64,000 nucleotides of DNA from Candidatus Latescibacterota bacterium. Lineage in GTDB: Bacteria > Latescibacterota > UBA2968 > UBA8231. The DNA is taken from assembly GCA_965215195.1 (NCBI GenBank), contig CBDCDC010000002.1, positions 1,760,001 through 1,824,000 on the forward strand, read 5' to 3'. Below, one piece after another: positions 9,701-18,917 of this stretch. Each line of letters opens with the position of its first letter. Position 1 is the first letter of the stretch. The notes under the pieces were generated by a model. That model was not told the DNA's origin. It searched no databases and saw nothing but the letters and a program-made list of their open reading frames with translations. Made by a program: the position numbers and the translations under genes.

Positions 9701-11438
9701 AGTTGTCGTCGCGATCGGACGAGAAGGCGATATGCCGGCCATCCGGAGACCAAGACGGAGAACCGTCGTCAGCCGGGTGCTTGGTCAGGCGGCGGGGGTT
9801 GTTCCCATCCGAATCCATCACGAAAATCTCCCAGTTGTCGTCGCGATCGGACGAGAAGGCGATATGCCGGCCATCCGGAGACCAAGACGGAGAACCGTCG
9901 TAAGCCCAGTGGTTGGTCAGGCGGCGGGGGTTGTTCCCATCCGAATCCATCACGTAAATCTCAGTGTTGCCGTCGCGATCGGACGAGAAGGCGATATGCC
10001 GGCCATCCGGAGACCACGAAGGACTCCAGTCGTCAGCCGGGTGCTTGGTCAGGCGGCGGGGGTTGTTCCCATCCGAATCCATCACGTAAATCTCAGCGTT
10101 GCCGTCGCGATCGAACGAGAAGACGATATGCCGGCCATCCGGAGACCAAGACGGACGATAGTCGTTAGCCGAGTGCTTGGTCAGGCGGCGGGGGTTGTTC
10201 CCATCCGAATCCATCACGTAAATCTCCCTGTTGCCGTAGCGATAGGAATAAAAGGCGATATGCCGGCCATCCGGAGACCAAGACGGACTCCTGTCGTCAA
10301 CCGAGTGGTTGGTCAGGCGGCGGGGGTTGTTCCCATCCGAATCCATCACGTAAATCTCCCTGTTGCCGTCGCGCTTGGACGAGAAGGCGATATGCCGGCC
10401 ATCCGGAGACCAAGACGGACTCCTGTCGTCAGCCGAGTGGTTGGTCAGGCGGCGTATGGCCCCGGCGACTAAGTCCCCACCACTGCTCGTCACCACTTGC
10501 CCAATCCCCGAAGGCAGCGACGCATCGGCCGGATTAGCAACATACGCCACAAGCAGCAGCGCATCGGCCAGATTGACTGCGCCATCGCCGTTGACATCGC
10601 CCAAAGAGATGTCCCCATTAGGGGGAAGCTCAACGGACTCACCGGAGACATACGCCACAAGCAGCAGCGCATCGGCCAGATTGACTGCGCCATCGCCGTT
10701 GACATCGCCCAACACCCCGTCGGTCAACGCCTTGCCACGCGGCAGCCTACCCACCGCGTCGACGACCACCTCCACCGGAGCCATCCCCGCCCGCATACCA
10801 AAGGCCGCATCTACATAGGTGACCAACCCCGCGCCCGTCACGGCCAAACCATAGACGCCCTCAGCCGCTACCGCAGGCGACAGCTCCATCGGCAGCGGAA
10901 CACTCGCCGCCACCTGCCCCGCCTGTCCATCAAGCAGCACCATCCGCCGCGTCAACGTCGGCTGTCCCGTACTGCTAAGCCGATAGAAATACACCCCCGC
11001 ACCCACCGACCAACCCGCCGCATCCGTCGCATCCCAAACCGCCGTATGAACGCCCGCTGGCCGCTCTTCATCCACCAACGTCGCTATTCGCTGCCCCAAC
11101 ACATTGAACACCTCCAAACGCACCGACCCAGCAGCCGGCACGTGATACGGAATCACCGTCGAAGGATTGAACGGATTGGGATAATTCTGACCCAGCGCAA
11201 ACCCCGTCGGCACCCCTGACCCGCCCAACGACGCCACCGGCAGCGCGAAGTGCCCAGACGCATCGGTCGTCGCCCGCGCCACGACCCCACGCCGCAAATC
11301 CGCCAGATCAAACACCATGATTTGGGCGGCCTCAACCGGCTCACCCGAAGAAAGGCGCACCTGTCCTTCCACAAGCGGCTCGGCCACCACCGGGGCCGAT
11401 AACACCAGCCCGACCAAAACGGCGAGAACTGTCTGCAT
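6729..11438 (-). CDS. 1569-aa secreted multidomain protein: signal peptide, FlgD/T9SS-sorting-like Ig domain, dockerin-like pair, 6 PD40 repeats, 7 PPC-like repeats, FGE-sulfatase (CLec) domain
   Basis: QNYPNPFNPST; GDVNGDGAVNLAD x2; PSWSPDGRHIAF x6; DYFRV...PGTYYIRV x7; RLPSEAEWEYACR, NPWGLYDMHGNVWEW, RVFRGG. Confidence 0.9.
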   Translation of the reverse strand: MQTVLAVLVGLVLSAPVVAEPLVEGQVRLSSGEPVEAAQIMVFDLADLRRGVVARATTDASGHFALPVASLGGSGVPTGFALGQNYPNPFNPSTVIPYHVPAAGSVRLEVFNVLGQRIATLVDEERPAGVHTAVWDATDAAGWSVGAGVYFYRLSSTGQPTLTRRMVLLDGQAGQVAASVPLPMELSPAVAAEGVYGLAVTGAGLVTYVDAAFGMRAGMAPVEVVVDAVGRLPRGKALTDGVLGDVNGDGAVNLADALLLVAYVSGESVELPPNGDISLGDVNGDGAVNLADALLLVAYVANPADASLPSGIGQVVTSSGGDLVAGAIRRLTNHSADDRSPSWSPDGRHIAFSSKRDGNREIYVMDSDGNNPRRLTNHSVDDRSPSWSPDGRHIAFYSYRYGNREIYVMDSDGNNPRRLTKHSANDYRPSWSPDGRHIVFSFDRDGNAEIYVMDSDGNNPRRLTKHPADDWSPSWSPDGRHIAFSSDRDGNTEIYVMDSDGNNPRRLTNHWAYDGSPSWSPDGRHIAFSSDRDDNWEIFVMDSDGNNPRRLTKHPADDGSPSWSPDGRHIAFSSDRDDNWEIFVMELWEDGTHLDGGDSPSGAIPLGLGEWIEDELLAGDIDYFRVSVRSAGRLVASTTGGTNTYGYIEDSSGNVLAEDGDGGSDRNFVVSAFVEPGTYYIRVLGARTSSTGAYALTLHLDGDYIPSGAIPLGLGESIEDELLAGDIDYFRVSVRSAGRLVASTTGGTDTYGYLEDSSGNVLAEDNDGGAGRNFVVSAVVEPGTYYIRVRGARTSDTGAYALTLQGAIPLGLGEWIEDELLAGDIDYFRVSVRSAGRLVASTTGGTNTYGYIEDSSGKVLAVNDDGGADLNFRVSAVVEPGTYYIRVRGARTSSTGAYTLTLHGAIPLGLGESIEDELSAREVDYFRVSVRSAGRLVASTTGDTDTYGYIEDSSGKVLAEDNDGRAGPNFRVSAVVEPGTYYIRVRGARTSSTGAYTLTLHGAIPLGLGESIEDELSADDIDYFRVSVRSAGRLVASTTGDTDTYGYIEDSSGNVLAVNDNGGAGSNFRVSAVVEPGTYYIRVVGAYTFSTGAYTLTLHLDGDHIPSGAIPLGLGESIEDELLAGDIDYFRVSVRSAGRLVASTTGGTDTYVYIEGSSGNVLDRSDDGDTSRNFRVSAVVEPGTYYIRVRGGRTSSTGAYTLTLHLGGDSPSGAIPLGLGESIEDELLAGDIAYFRVSVRSAGLLVASTTGGTDTYGYIEDSSGNVLDRSDDGGADHNFRVSAVVEPGTYYIRVRGGRTSSTGAYTLTLHLIESRHIDLFPGDASMTFVWIAPGVFQMGSGSPAEGEISEEFWLPDALGGLQWGDLRVHEVEISEGFWLGQYEVTQGQWEAVMGTTPWSGKRYVRENPSHPAIYISWDDVQSFIGRLNEAAGDSLYRLPSEAEWEYACRAGTSTLWSFGDDEHHLTDYAWYRDNAEYDARAVGLKRPNPWGLYDMHGNVWEWVQDWFDVDYYKSSPRVDPRGPSSGFYRVFRGGDFYNSAQVARSALGRGFASPDVRGATIGVRLLRIR
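7505..9640 (-). repeat. Seven ~291-306 bp PPC-like domain repeats
   Basis: GAIPLGLGE...YTLTL units nearly identical at DNA level. Confidence 0.95.
9680..10455 (-). repeat. Six 132-bp PD40 (TolB-like propeller) repeats
   Basis: 44-aa unit RRLT.H....SPSWSPDGRHIAF...EIYVMDSDGNNP. Confidence 0.95.
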
Positions 11439-11659
11439 AAAAAAATCTCCTGTGAATATGCATCCTAAGTGAAACGTGAAAGGGGAAAAATATGGGTGCG
11501 GGAGGCCTTTACCACCAGCTTTTCAAACGATTCGATTCGCAGTGGCCGCCCTGATTTCTCTTTTCTCCAGACGCGCCCCGCAATGGAGAGGAGTGCGCGG
11601 TGAAGTTGAAAATTGCCAGTTTCCCGTTAAAACGAAGTTGGCCCCAAAATGCCGGTAGT

Positions 11660-12409
11660 TCACGATGCCTCTTTGCGTGCAAGAGCAACCAGCCGCTTTG
11701 CGCTAGTCCCATACGCACTACCTTCCAAATCCCCATATAGTTGCGTAGTACTAAACCCAACTTGCAAGAGACGATCCTTCAGCTCCTGACCAGAGTACAA
11801 GGTGTGGTGAAACTTAAACGATCTTACGTGCTCATCCCGGATTAGGAGCCACTCGTTTCGAATCCTCGTCCAATCATCGAAGATCTCTCGCCGTTGAACG
11901 ATCAACGTCCCGTCGGGATGCACTTCCGAGGAGGTCGCGGTGAATGCGCTGGCCAACCGCTCTTTACCCGCCATCTCCATTACGAGGACGCCCCCAGGTC
12001 TGAGACTCTCGTACATATTTTGCAGCACTCGCAGGTCCTCGTCCTTGTCATCGAAATAGCCGAAGGACGTAAACATGTTGAGCACCAAGTCGTACGAGGA
12101 GGACCGCACAAAGCGACGCATGTCATCCTGCACAAACTCGACGTCTAATTTCCGCTCGCTTGCTCGCGCCGCCGCTTTTTGCAGTAGGAACGCTGTAGAA
12201 TCAACGCCCGTTACGGAAAATCCGCGCCCCGCCAGAGCCGTGCAATGTCGGCCGGGGCCGCAACACAGATCGAGGATATGGGTCCCGCTGAACGCCACTA
12301 GCGAAAGAATCTTGTCGACTTGCTCGTCGGCAGATTGGAATCGCTCTTGTGGGAACATATAGGGATACATTTCCTTCCAGAAGTCTTCGTTTGCAAACCA
12401 TTCAGACAT
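11660..12409 (-). CDS. Class I SAM-dependent methyltransferase
   Basis: ILDLCCGPGRH, DMR, FTSFGYF, LRPGG. Confidence 0.9.
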   Translation of the reverse strand: MSEWFANEDFWKEMYPYMFPQERFQSADEQVDKILSLVAFSGTHILDLCCGPGRHCTALAGRGFSVTGVDSTAFLLQKAAARASERKLDVEFVQDDMRRFVRSSSYDLVLNMFTSFGYFDDKDEDLRVLQNMYESLRPGGVLVMEMAGKERLASAFTATSSEVHPDGTLIVQRREIFDDWTRIRNEWLLIRDEHVRSFKFHHTLYSGQELKDRLLQVGFSTTQLYGDLEGSAYGTSAKRLVALARKEAS

Positions 12410-12553
12410 AGAACTCCACCCAATAGGCAATTACTGTATTCCCGACCCGCTCAAAGCAAGGGATTAAAAGCCGCCAGCGGGTTGCCCTCAGGCCTAGGGA
12501 GCGAAAGAGTGGACCGATTAGGCGACGTGGGCTTGCTGATTTAACTCGCCCTT

Positions 12554-12677
12554 CTAACTACACGACACCAATAACTTGTCGTTGATGGGCGATGCGTCCG
12601 GGATCGAGGGCGTCCCGCCCTCGACGAGGGCAAGATGCCCTCGATCCGCGGGTAAGGCCCTACGGTCGTGTACTTAA
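12554..12677. mobile_element. MITE copy 1 (124 bp, subfamily A)
   Basis: Ends CTAACTACACGAC / GTCGTGTACTTAA; 9-bp TSD CTCGCCCTT on both sides; REP-like core. Confidence 0.85.
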
Positions 12678-12686
12678 CTCGCCCTT

Positions 12687-14063
12687 TCAAGAAACCCACA
12701 CTGTTTTGTATTCAAAAAAAGGCTCCAGACCCATCTCGCCGTAGCGCCGGCCAATGCCGCTCTGCTTAAAACCACCCCAAGGCGTGCGATGGCTCAGCAT
12801 ACTGGCACTATTGATGGTCACAACCCCCACTTCCAATCGCCGCACAAAATGGCGTTGTCGCTCAGGATCTAGAGTCCACAGCGAAACGAGCAGTCCGTAG
12901 TCCGTATCGTTGGCCAACGCCAGCGCCTCGTCGTCGCGATCAAACGTCAGCACCGAGACAACCGGTCCGAAAATTTCGTCGCGGCAAACCGGACAGGACT
13001 GATCGGCAAAGGCAAAAGCCGTGGGCGCAAAATAGCAACCCTTTCCCGGCGGACGTGCGCCGCCAAACAGCAGAGAGCCCTGTGCTTTTCCCATCTCGAC
13101 GTAGCGCTCCACGCGCTCTACCGCCGCCTCGTCGATCAACATGCTGGGCCCTGCAGTCTGCGCCTTTTCTTTGAGTAGAGCGATAAATTCGTCGCGCAGC
13201 GATTCGTGCAGCAAAACTCGACTTATTGCCGAGCACGCCTGCCCGGGGAAGGCCGATCCCACGGTCGCTGTTGCGGCCGCTTCTACGTCGGCGTCGGGCA
13301 AGACGATCTGCGCCGTTTTGCTGCCCAGATTTAGCTGCACTCGCTTGAGATCTGCGGCCGCAGCGGCCATGATCTTTTTGCCCGTCGCCGTGCTGCCGGT
13401 AAAACTGATCAGACGGGTAGCTGGGTGCGCGACGAGAGCCTGCCCCACCTCAGGCCCCTTGCCGCTGAGCGCGTTGACCACCCCGGCAGGGAAACCAGCT
13501 TCGTGGAATGCCTGCATCGTCTTGAGCGCCTGTGGTGCTTCTTGGTCGGGCGCTTTGAGCACGACCGTATTGCCGGCTACCAGTGCCGGCACGGCCGATA
13601 AAAGAGCGCCCAGCAGCGGCCCGTTGAAAGGGGCAAAGACGGCGACGACACCCAGCGGTTCCCTATATACATAATTAGTGCATTGGTCGCCGTGCTCAAT
13701 AAGCGTACCCGCCCCGTCGTCTAGTGTACCCACGTAGTAGTCGATGATGCGCTCTATCAGCGGCGGGATGCCCGCCGCCCCCTGAGGCTGGACCTTGGCT
13801 GCCGCCAGTTCGTCGGCCATGGCATAGAGCACCTCTTTCAGTTTGGCGAATAAAGCGCGCTTGTGCTCACTGCCGCAGAACTTCCACTCTGCATAAAATG
13901 CTTCGCGCGCAGCAGCAGCGGCCCGATCCACGTCGGCCCGACTGGCATCGGCGACTTCGGCGACTAAGGTGCCGTCTACGGGGCTGTACAGGGGATAGTA
14001 GCGGCCCGATGTGGGGGGACACAGTTGGCCCCGGATCAGCAAATCACTTTTTTTCCCACTCAC
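12687..14063 (-). CDS. Aldehyde dehydrogenase family protein
   Basis: REPLGVV, FTGSTATG, GQACSA, EIFGPV, PWGGFKQSG. Confidence 0.92.
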   Translation of the reverse strand: MSGKKSDLLIRGQLCPPTSGRYYPLYSPVDGTLVAEVADASRADVDRAAAAAREAFYAEWKFCGSEHKRALFAKLKEVLYAMADELAAAKVQPQGAAGIPPLIERIIDYYVGTLDDGAGTLIEHGDQCTNYVYREPLGVVAVFAPFNGPLLGALLSAVPALVAGNTVVLKAPDQEAPQALKTMQAFHEAGFPAGVVNALSGKGPEVGQALVAHPATRLISFTGSTATGKKIMAAAAADLKRVQLNLGSKTAQIVLPDADVEAAATATVGSAFPGQACSAISRVLLHESLRDEFIALLKEKAQTAGPSMLIDEAAVERVERYVEMGKAQGSLLFGGARPPGKGCYFAPTAFAFADQSCPVCRDEIFGPVVSVLTFDRDDEALALANDTDYGLLVSLWTLDPERQRHFVRRLEVGVVTINSASMLSHRTPWGGFKQSGIGRRYGEMGLEPFFEYKTVWVS

Positions 14064-14095
14064 TTCATCTTCCTCCTTATTGAAACGTTATAGTA

Positions 14096-14980
14096 ACCAA
14101 TGGTGCTAGTGAGTTGACCGTGGTCAAGGTAGTTCCTACGCTGAGGGTATCCCCCCTTTCAGCGAAGGAGCGTCCCATGACCACGGCCGAGTTTATAATA
14201 GCCCTGTTCTGTCGAATCGACCACCAGATGGGCGATGTGCCCAAACACCCCCAAGCCGCCTTATATCCCAGCGAAACGGTGACCTTGGCGGTTCTGTATG
14301 CGCTCAAAGGGGGCGGCAAACGGGCGTTTTATCGCTGGGTAGCGCGCGATTGGCGCGCCTTTTTTCCGCGCCTGCCCGAGCGCACCCGCTTGTTCCGCCT
14401 GTTTGCCGCCCATGCGGACTGGACCGATCGCTTTCGAGCGGACCCCACCCCTTTAGGCGTGATCGATAGCTATGGCATCGAGTTGATCCATCCAGTACGC
14501 GAAGGCCGCTCCGCTCACCCTATCGGCCGGAAAGGGCGGTCCAATCACCGCTGGATCGTCGGCGGCAAGCTGGGCTTGATCGTCAACCAATGGGGCTTGA
14601 TCGTCGATTGGGATTGTAATACCGCCAATGTCCACGATACGGTCTTTCACCCGATGATTGGCCGCTACGAAGAGCAGATGATCCTCCTCAGCGACCAAGG
14701 CTTTCATGCCAAAGCCGGTGATCCGGCCAATCTGAAAGTGTGTCCCCGCAAAACGTGGGGCGAGCGTATGGTCATCGAGACCGTCTTTTCCATGCTGACC
14801 CGCATCGGGCACTTCAAGCGACAGACCCATCGAGCCTGGGCCTACTTTAGAGCGCATCTGAGCTTTGCCATGGCCACCTTCAACCTGCTGGTTCAGTGGC
14901 ACGGGTTGCAACCCGATGAAAATGGATTCGTCCGCTTGTCCATCGCGGAATTTAGCTTGTAGCCCACTAGCACCATTGGT
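14096..14980 (+). mobile_element. IS982-family-like insertion sequence (885 bp)
   Basis: Perfect 16-bp TIR ACCAATGGTGCTAGTG; 5-bp TSD TAGTA at 14091-14095 and 14981-14985. Confidence 0.85.
14177..14962 (+). CDS. DDE transposase (IS982-like)
   Basis: IDSYG, SDQGF and RMVIETVFS DDE motifs; AAGGAG RBS. Confidence 0.85.
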   Translation: MTTAEFIIALFCRIDHQMGDVPKHPQAALYPSETVTLAVLYALKGGGKRAFYRWVARDWRAFFPRLPERTRLFRLFAAHADWTDRFRADPTPLGVIDSYGIELIHPVREGRSAHPIGRKGRSNHRWIVGGKLGLIVNQWGLIVDWDCNTANVHDTVFHPMIGRYEEQMILLSDQGFHAKAGDPANLKVCPRKTWGERMVIETVFSMLTRIGHFKRQTHRAWAYFRAHLSFAMATFNLLVQWHGLQPDENGFVRLSIAEFSL

Positions 14981-14990
14981 TAGTAGTCAT

Positions 14991-15114
14991 CTAACTACAC
15001 GACACCAATACCTTGTCGTTGATGAGCGATGAGTCCGGGATCGAGGGCGTCCCGCCCTCGACGAGGGCAAGATGCCCTCGATCCGAGGGTAAGGCCCTAC
15101 GGTCGTGTACTTAG
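14991..15114. mobile_element. MITE copy 2 (124 bp, subfamily A)
   Basis: Near-identical to copy 1; imperfect TSD AGTAGTCAT / GTAGGTCAT. Confidence 0.8.
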
Positions 15115-15250
15115 GTAGGTCATTTAGGTTGGGGGACCAACCCTCGGCATAGTGCCAACGGGGTTCCGTCTAGCACCGTCCCGAGCCACCTACCGGCATC
15201 TCAGTGTTCGCAACGCCATTAACGGCTACCTATTCACCGAGGAATTCACC

Positions 15251-17245
15251 TTGCCATCACCGCCAGCCCTGCCCGAAAATTACGACGCCGCGGCACACAT
15301 GGTCTCCCATCAGGTGCGCGGGCGCATCTTTCACGCCACCGTACCCTCGGCTCAACTAGCCTCTGAACTGATGGCCAGCGGCGCACCCGCCGCCATTGCC
15401 GAAGCCGCCGCCATCTTTCGCGCGGTGCTCGCCTGCCAAGAAGTGCGGGACACCCAACCGCACCGCGGCAATTTTCGCTGGGAACTCGAAGACAAAGTCG
15501 TCGAAGATCTCAATGCCGTGCAGTTCGTGCTCTTTTACTGCATTCCCGTGCTGTGCAAAGCATCAGACGCCCTGCCCTCGGACTTGGTCGCGGCTATGCG
15601 CCGCGCCATCGCGCTGGGCCTAGAGGAAATCGCACGCATCGACGTGGCCCCGGCCTATACCAACATCGTCCTCAAGGACATTGCCAACTCCTGCCTCGGC
15701 GGCCAGTTGTTGGGCGATGATACCATCGGTCGGCGCGGCCGGGAAAAACTGGTGCGCTGGATGGCGCACGTGGACACCTACGGCCTGCCCGCCGAGTACA
15801 ATAGCCCCAACTACGCCTCTGTCGCCGTGCGCGTACTGGGCCGCTTGGCCGAATTGACAGAGGACCAACACACCCGCATCCGCGCCCGCACCATGCTCGC
15901 TCGCCTCGGCCTTTCCGCCGCGTTACGCGTACACCCCGGCATGGGTTGCTGGGCCGGCCCCTTCAGCCGCGCCTATAGCCATGCCGTCTTTAACGCCAAC
16001 GCCTTTAACGCCAAGGACGTGCGCACGTGGTTAGAGGATGGGCAGGTCCCCGCTTGGATCGGCGACCTGCTACAGCGCCCCAACGTGCCACAGCAAATAG
16101 ACGAAACGGCCCACGGCGAAGAGCCCGTAGCGCTGAGCACCTATCACAGTCCCTCATTCTGTCTGGGCGTGGCCTCCTGCGAACTCAAGACCCAAGAAAT
16201 TATCTTTATCGCCCTGCAGTCCAGCGTATTTTACGCGCAGTACCGGCGCCCGCATGGCGCGCGCTGCGGTGCGCTCTTTTCGCGTTATATACTCGACGAC
16301 CAGTGGCTCAGCTTCGAGACGACGCCGTCGCGCGGGCCCGGACAGGTCGTTCCCGAAGAGGGCCACTTCTACGGCGTACACGAGCGGGGTCGCGCCATCG
16401 GCCTCTATGCCCCGCGCGGCTTGGACGCTTGGACGCGGCGCACCAGTGCCAAAGCCGTGCTCGTGTGGACCGAGATCGAGCAGGTCGACGAGATCTGGAT
16501 CGGCCAGCATAAAGTAGATTCTCTGCCGGCGGCAGTGCCCCGGGGCAAGGTGGTCGTCGTCGGCAGCGGGGCCCTGTGGACGGCCGTCCAGCCGCTCGAA
16601 CGGACCGATCTGGGCGGCGGGGGCCCCATCCGCCTAGTCGAACTAGACGGTCATTTGGCCTTGGAGATGTACAACTATACGGGACCGGCCAAGACGTTCT
16701 GGGAACTGGCCCAACCCGGCTCCTTTTACCAGGGCCAGCCCCGCTGCGGTTTTTACGCCGAACTGGCCGAGCGCAGCGACTACGCCAGCGGTGCCAATTT
16801 TGCCGCCCAAGTAGCCAGCGGCGCGCTCGTCGACGAGGCGACCCCGCCCGCCACCTATACCGCGGGTGGCGAGCGCACACTCCGCGTGGAGTACGCGCGC
16901 GACGCCCGCATACTCGGCATCGAAGTCGATCTGTATGAGTGGTCGCTAAAGCGGCGTTGGACCCAAGACGGCCCCCTAAACTGGCCCATGCACGAGTCGC
17001 CCTACGCCCGACAGAGCGCCTCCGGACATATCTCCATCGGCGATGCCACGCTCACCTGCGACAAAGGCCCGATATGGCTCTGCGCCTGCCCGGGGGGCAA
17101 AAGGTATGTTGCCGCCTACAGCGGAATCGGGATGACCTCGTTGAGGTTGGAGGTGCCCGGCGATGCAGTTGAGCTAGCTGAAATGGGCGCGGGCACGGTG
17201 ATTTGGGACGAAGGCCAAGTGAAAATAGAAGCCATATTGCCCTGA
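15251..17245 (+). CDS. Large hypothetical protein (possibly heparinase/lyase-like helical toroid plus beta-sandwich)
   Basis: Long ORF with host-like codon usage; YTNI and EYNSPNY motifs; TTG start after GAGGA is inferred. Confidence 0.6.
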   Translation: MPSPPALPENYDAAAHMVSHQVRGRIFHATVPSAQLASELMASGAPAAIAEAAAIFRAVLACQEVRDTQPHRGNFRWELEDKVVEDLNAVQFVLFYCIPVLCKASDALPSDLVAAMRRAIALGLEEIARIDVAPAYTNIVLKDIANSCLGGQLLGDDTIGRRGREKLVRWMAHVDTYGLPAEYNSPNYASVAVRVLGRLAELTEDQHTRIRARTMLARLGLSAALRVHPGMGCWAGPFSRAYSHAVFNANAFNAKDVRTWLEDGQVPAWIGDLLQRPNVPQQIDETAHGEEPVALSTYHSPSFCLGVASCELKTQEIIFIALQSSVFYAQYRRPHGARCGALFSRYILDDQWLSFETTPSRGPGQVVPEEGHFYGVHERGRAIGLYAPRGLDAWTRRTSAKAVLVWTEIEQVDEIWIGQHKVDSLPAAVPRGKVVVVGSGALWTAVQPLERTDLGGGGPIRLVELDGHLALEMYNYTGPAKTFWELAQPGSFYQGQPRCGFYAELAERSDYASGANFAAQVASGALVDEATPPATYTAGGERTLRVEYARDARILGIEVDLYEWSLKRRWTQDGPLNWPMHESPYARQSASGHISIGDATLTCDKGPIWLCACPGGKRYVAAYSGIGMTSLRLEVPGDAVELAEMGAGTVIWDEGQVKIEAILP

Positions 17246-17319
17246 TTCGGCTAGCGAACGGATCGCAGCAATTTCCGCATCAAGCCGACCCTGCGCGCTG
17301 GAAAGTCAAAGGTCTTGAC

Positions 17320-17471
17320 CTTAGTACACGCCATCTAAAGTAGGCACCCCTTACTTTGAGTACGCCTTTTCTGCTGTTTCCGCTGGATGCGGGATCGAGG
17401 GCGTCCCGCCCTCGACGAGGGCAAGATGCCCTCGATCCTTGGCAGACTGAGGGCTGGTGGCGTGTAGTAAG
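17320..17471. mobile_element. MITE copy 3 (152 bp, subfamily B)
   Basis: CTTAGTACACGCCA ... TGGCGTGTAGTAAG; perfect TSD GGTCTTGAC. Confidence 0.88.
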
Positions 17472-17572
17472 GGTCTTGACTTTCGTTTGGCGACAGCGGA
17501 CGCGGGCAATAATAGCCCAAAGAAGTGCCTCTGCTGCGGTGCGAATGCGGCGGTTTTGCAAAAACGGCGTCT

Positions 17573-18823
17573 TCAGTGGAAGAGCAGCCGGAGGTAGAAC
17601 AGCGGGCTGGTCAACACCTTGCGCGGCACGGCGTTGGCCATCATGCCGCAGATCAGGTCGCTGACCTCGGCATCTTGGGCGGCCTTGCGAATGACCAAGT
17701 TCATTAGGTAGGGCCAACGGCCCAAATTGTGCAGCTTGGTGCTCATCTTCAGCTCGCTGCCCAGCGCATCCCACAGCCGATCCTCATAGCGGCGCAAAAA
17801 GCCGGCCGAATAATCCTCGGCCTCCCGGGCTCGAGCTGCGGTCTCTGCGGCAAAGCGCGCCGAGTACAGGGCATTGCCAATGCCCTCGCCCGTGAACGGG
17901 TCGATCAGACCGGCCGCGTCGCCCAAGAGCAGAAAGCCGTGGCCGTGCGCCGGTCGCCGGCGCGAGCCAACCGGCAGATTCCAGCCGACCGGGGCTTCGA
18001 GGGGACGGGCGTTGCGGAAGCGCGCGCCAAAGGTCGTGCTCGCCACCGCGGCTGCGAGGGCTTCCTTGAGGTCAATACCGCGCATTTTTATGTCTTGGTG
18101 ATCCATGCCGATGCCCACATTGGCGCGGCTTCCCTCTAGGGGAAAGATCCAAAAATATCCGGGCCGCACCTCGTCTATGAAGTGCAATTCGATCTGATCG
18201 CTCAGGCCCGCCACGCCCTCGAAGTACTGCCGCAGGGCCACCATCCAAGCGCGGCTCTCGTGGCGGTACAACCCGCTCTTGCGGGCCACGATCGAGCTGA
18301 AGCCATCGCACCCCAACACCAAGGGCGCGCGAAATTCCAAGCGCGTACCGTCGGCGGCACACCCCTGCACCCCGCAGACCTGTTCGCCCTCTCGAAGGAG
18401 CTCGCGCACGGCAAAACCCTCTACGGTGTGAGCGGCTGCGGCCCGCGCCTTGGCAAAGAGAAAGTCGTCAAAGACCTCGCGGCGGATGACCAAGCCCTCC
18501 ATCGGCAGCACCCGGCCGGTCAGGGCGTTGTGCAGGTCGTAGCGACTCAAGTCGATGGACGCGGCGGTCGCGTCTGAACTGCCTAAGACAATGCGGGCAA
18601 TGGCCGCCCCGGGCAGCTTGCACACCTCCGCAAAAAGCCCTAGCTCGTGGAGGATGGCCACTGTCTTGCCGGAGAGGGCGTCGCCGCAGATCTTGTCGCG
18701 GGGGAAGCACTGCTTGTCCAGCAGCAGGGCCGCCAGCCCGTAGCGCTGCGCATACAGCGCGGCTGTGGCACCGGCCGGACCGCCGCCGACGATGATTAGG
18801 TCGTAGGTTTGCACGTGGCCCAC
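17573..18823 (-). CDS. Geranylgeranyl reductase family FAD-dependent oxidoreductase
   Basis: GGGPAG, FPRDKICGD, GYFWIFP, GDAAGLIDPFTGEGI. Confidence 0.9.
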   Translation of the reverse strand: MGHVQTYDLIIVGGGPAGATAALYAQRYGLAALLLDKQCFPRDKICGDALSGKTVAILHELGLFAEVCKLPGAAIARIVLGSSDATAASIDLSRYDLHNALTGRVLPMEGLVIRREVFDDFLFAKARAAAAHTVEGFAVRELLREGEQVCGVQGCAADGTRLEFRAPLVLGCDGFSSIVARKSGLYRHESRAWMVALRQYFEGVAGLSDQIELHFIDEVRPGYFWIFPLEGSRANVGIGMDHQDIKMRGIDLKEALAAAVASTTFGARFRNARPLEAPVGWNLPVGSRRRPAHGHGFLLLGDAAGLIDPFTGEGIGNALYSARFAAETAARAREAEDYSAGFLRRYEDRLWDALGSELKMSTKLHNLGRWPYLMNLVIRKAAQDAEVSDLICGMMANAVPRKVLTSPLFYLRLLFH

Positions 18824-18917
18824 AAAATAGCCCGTCTATCCCTCGCTACAAGGGCGCGAGCCGAACTTGCTTTGCAGGTGATCTTCCTTACCTTTTTGGC
18901 CACGCTTTGTAACCGGC

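Noticed and set aside
7491-10472. Long plus-strand ORFs with repeats
   Set aside because: Antisense shadows of the repeat-rich minus-strand gene
6729-11438. Complete DGR cassette within the window
   Set aside because: No reverse transcriptase, avd gene or template repeat seen in these 64 kb; only target-like signatures
11440-11660. Riboswitch upstream of the large gene
   Set aside because: No recognisable aptamer consensus; would need an Rfam scan
12420-12545. c-di-GMP riboswitch (AGCGGGTTGCC-like motif)
   Set aside because: Lacks the GGCAAAC/GACGCAAAG core and is not oriented toward a downstream gene
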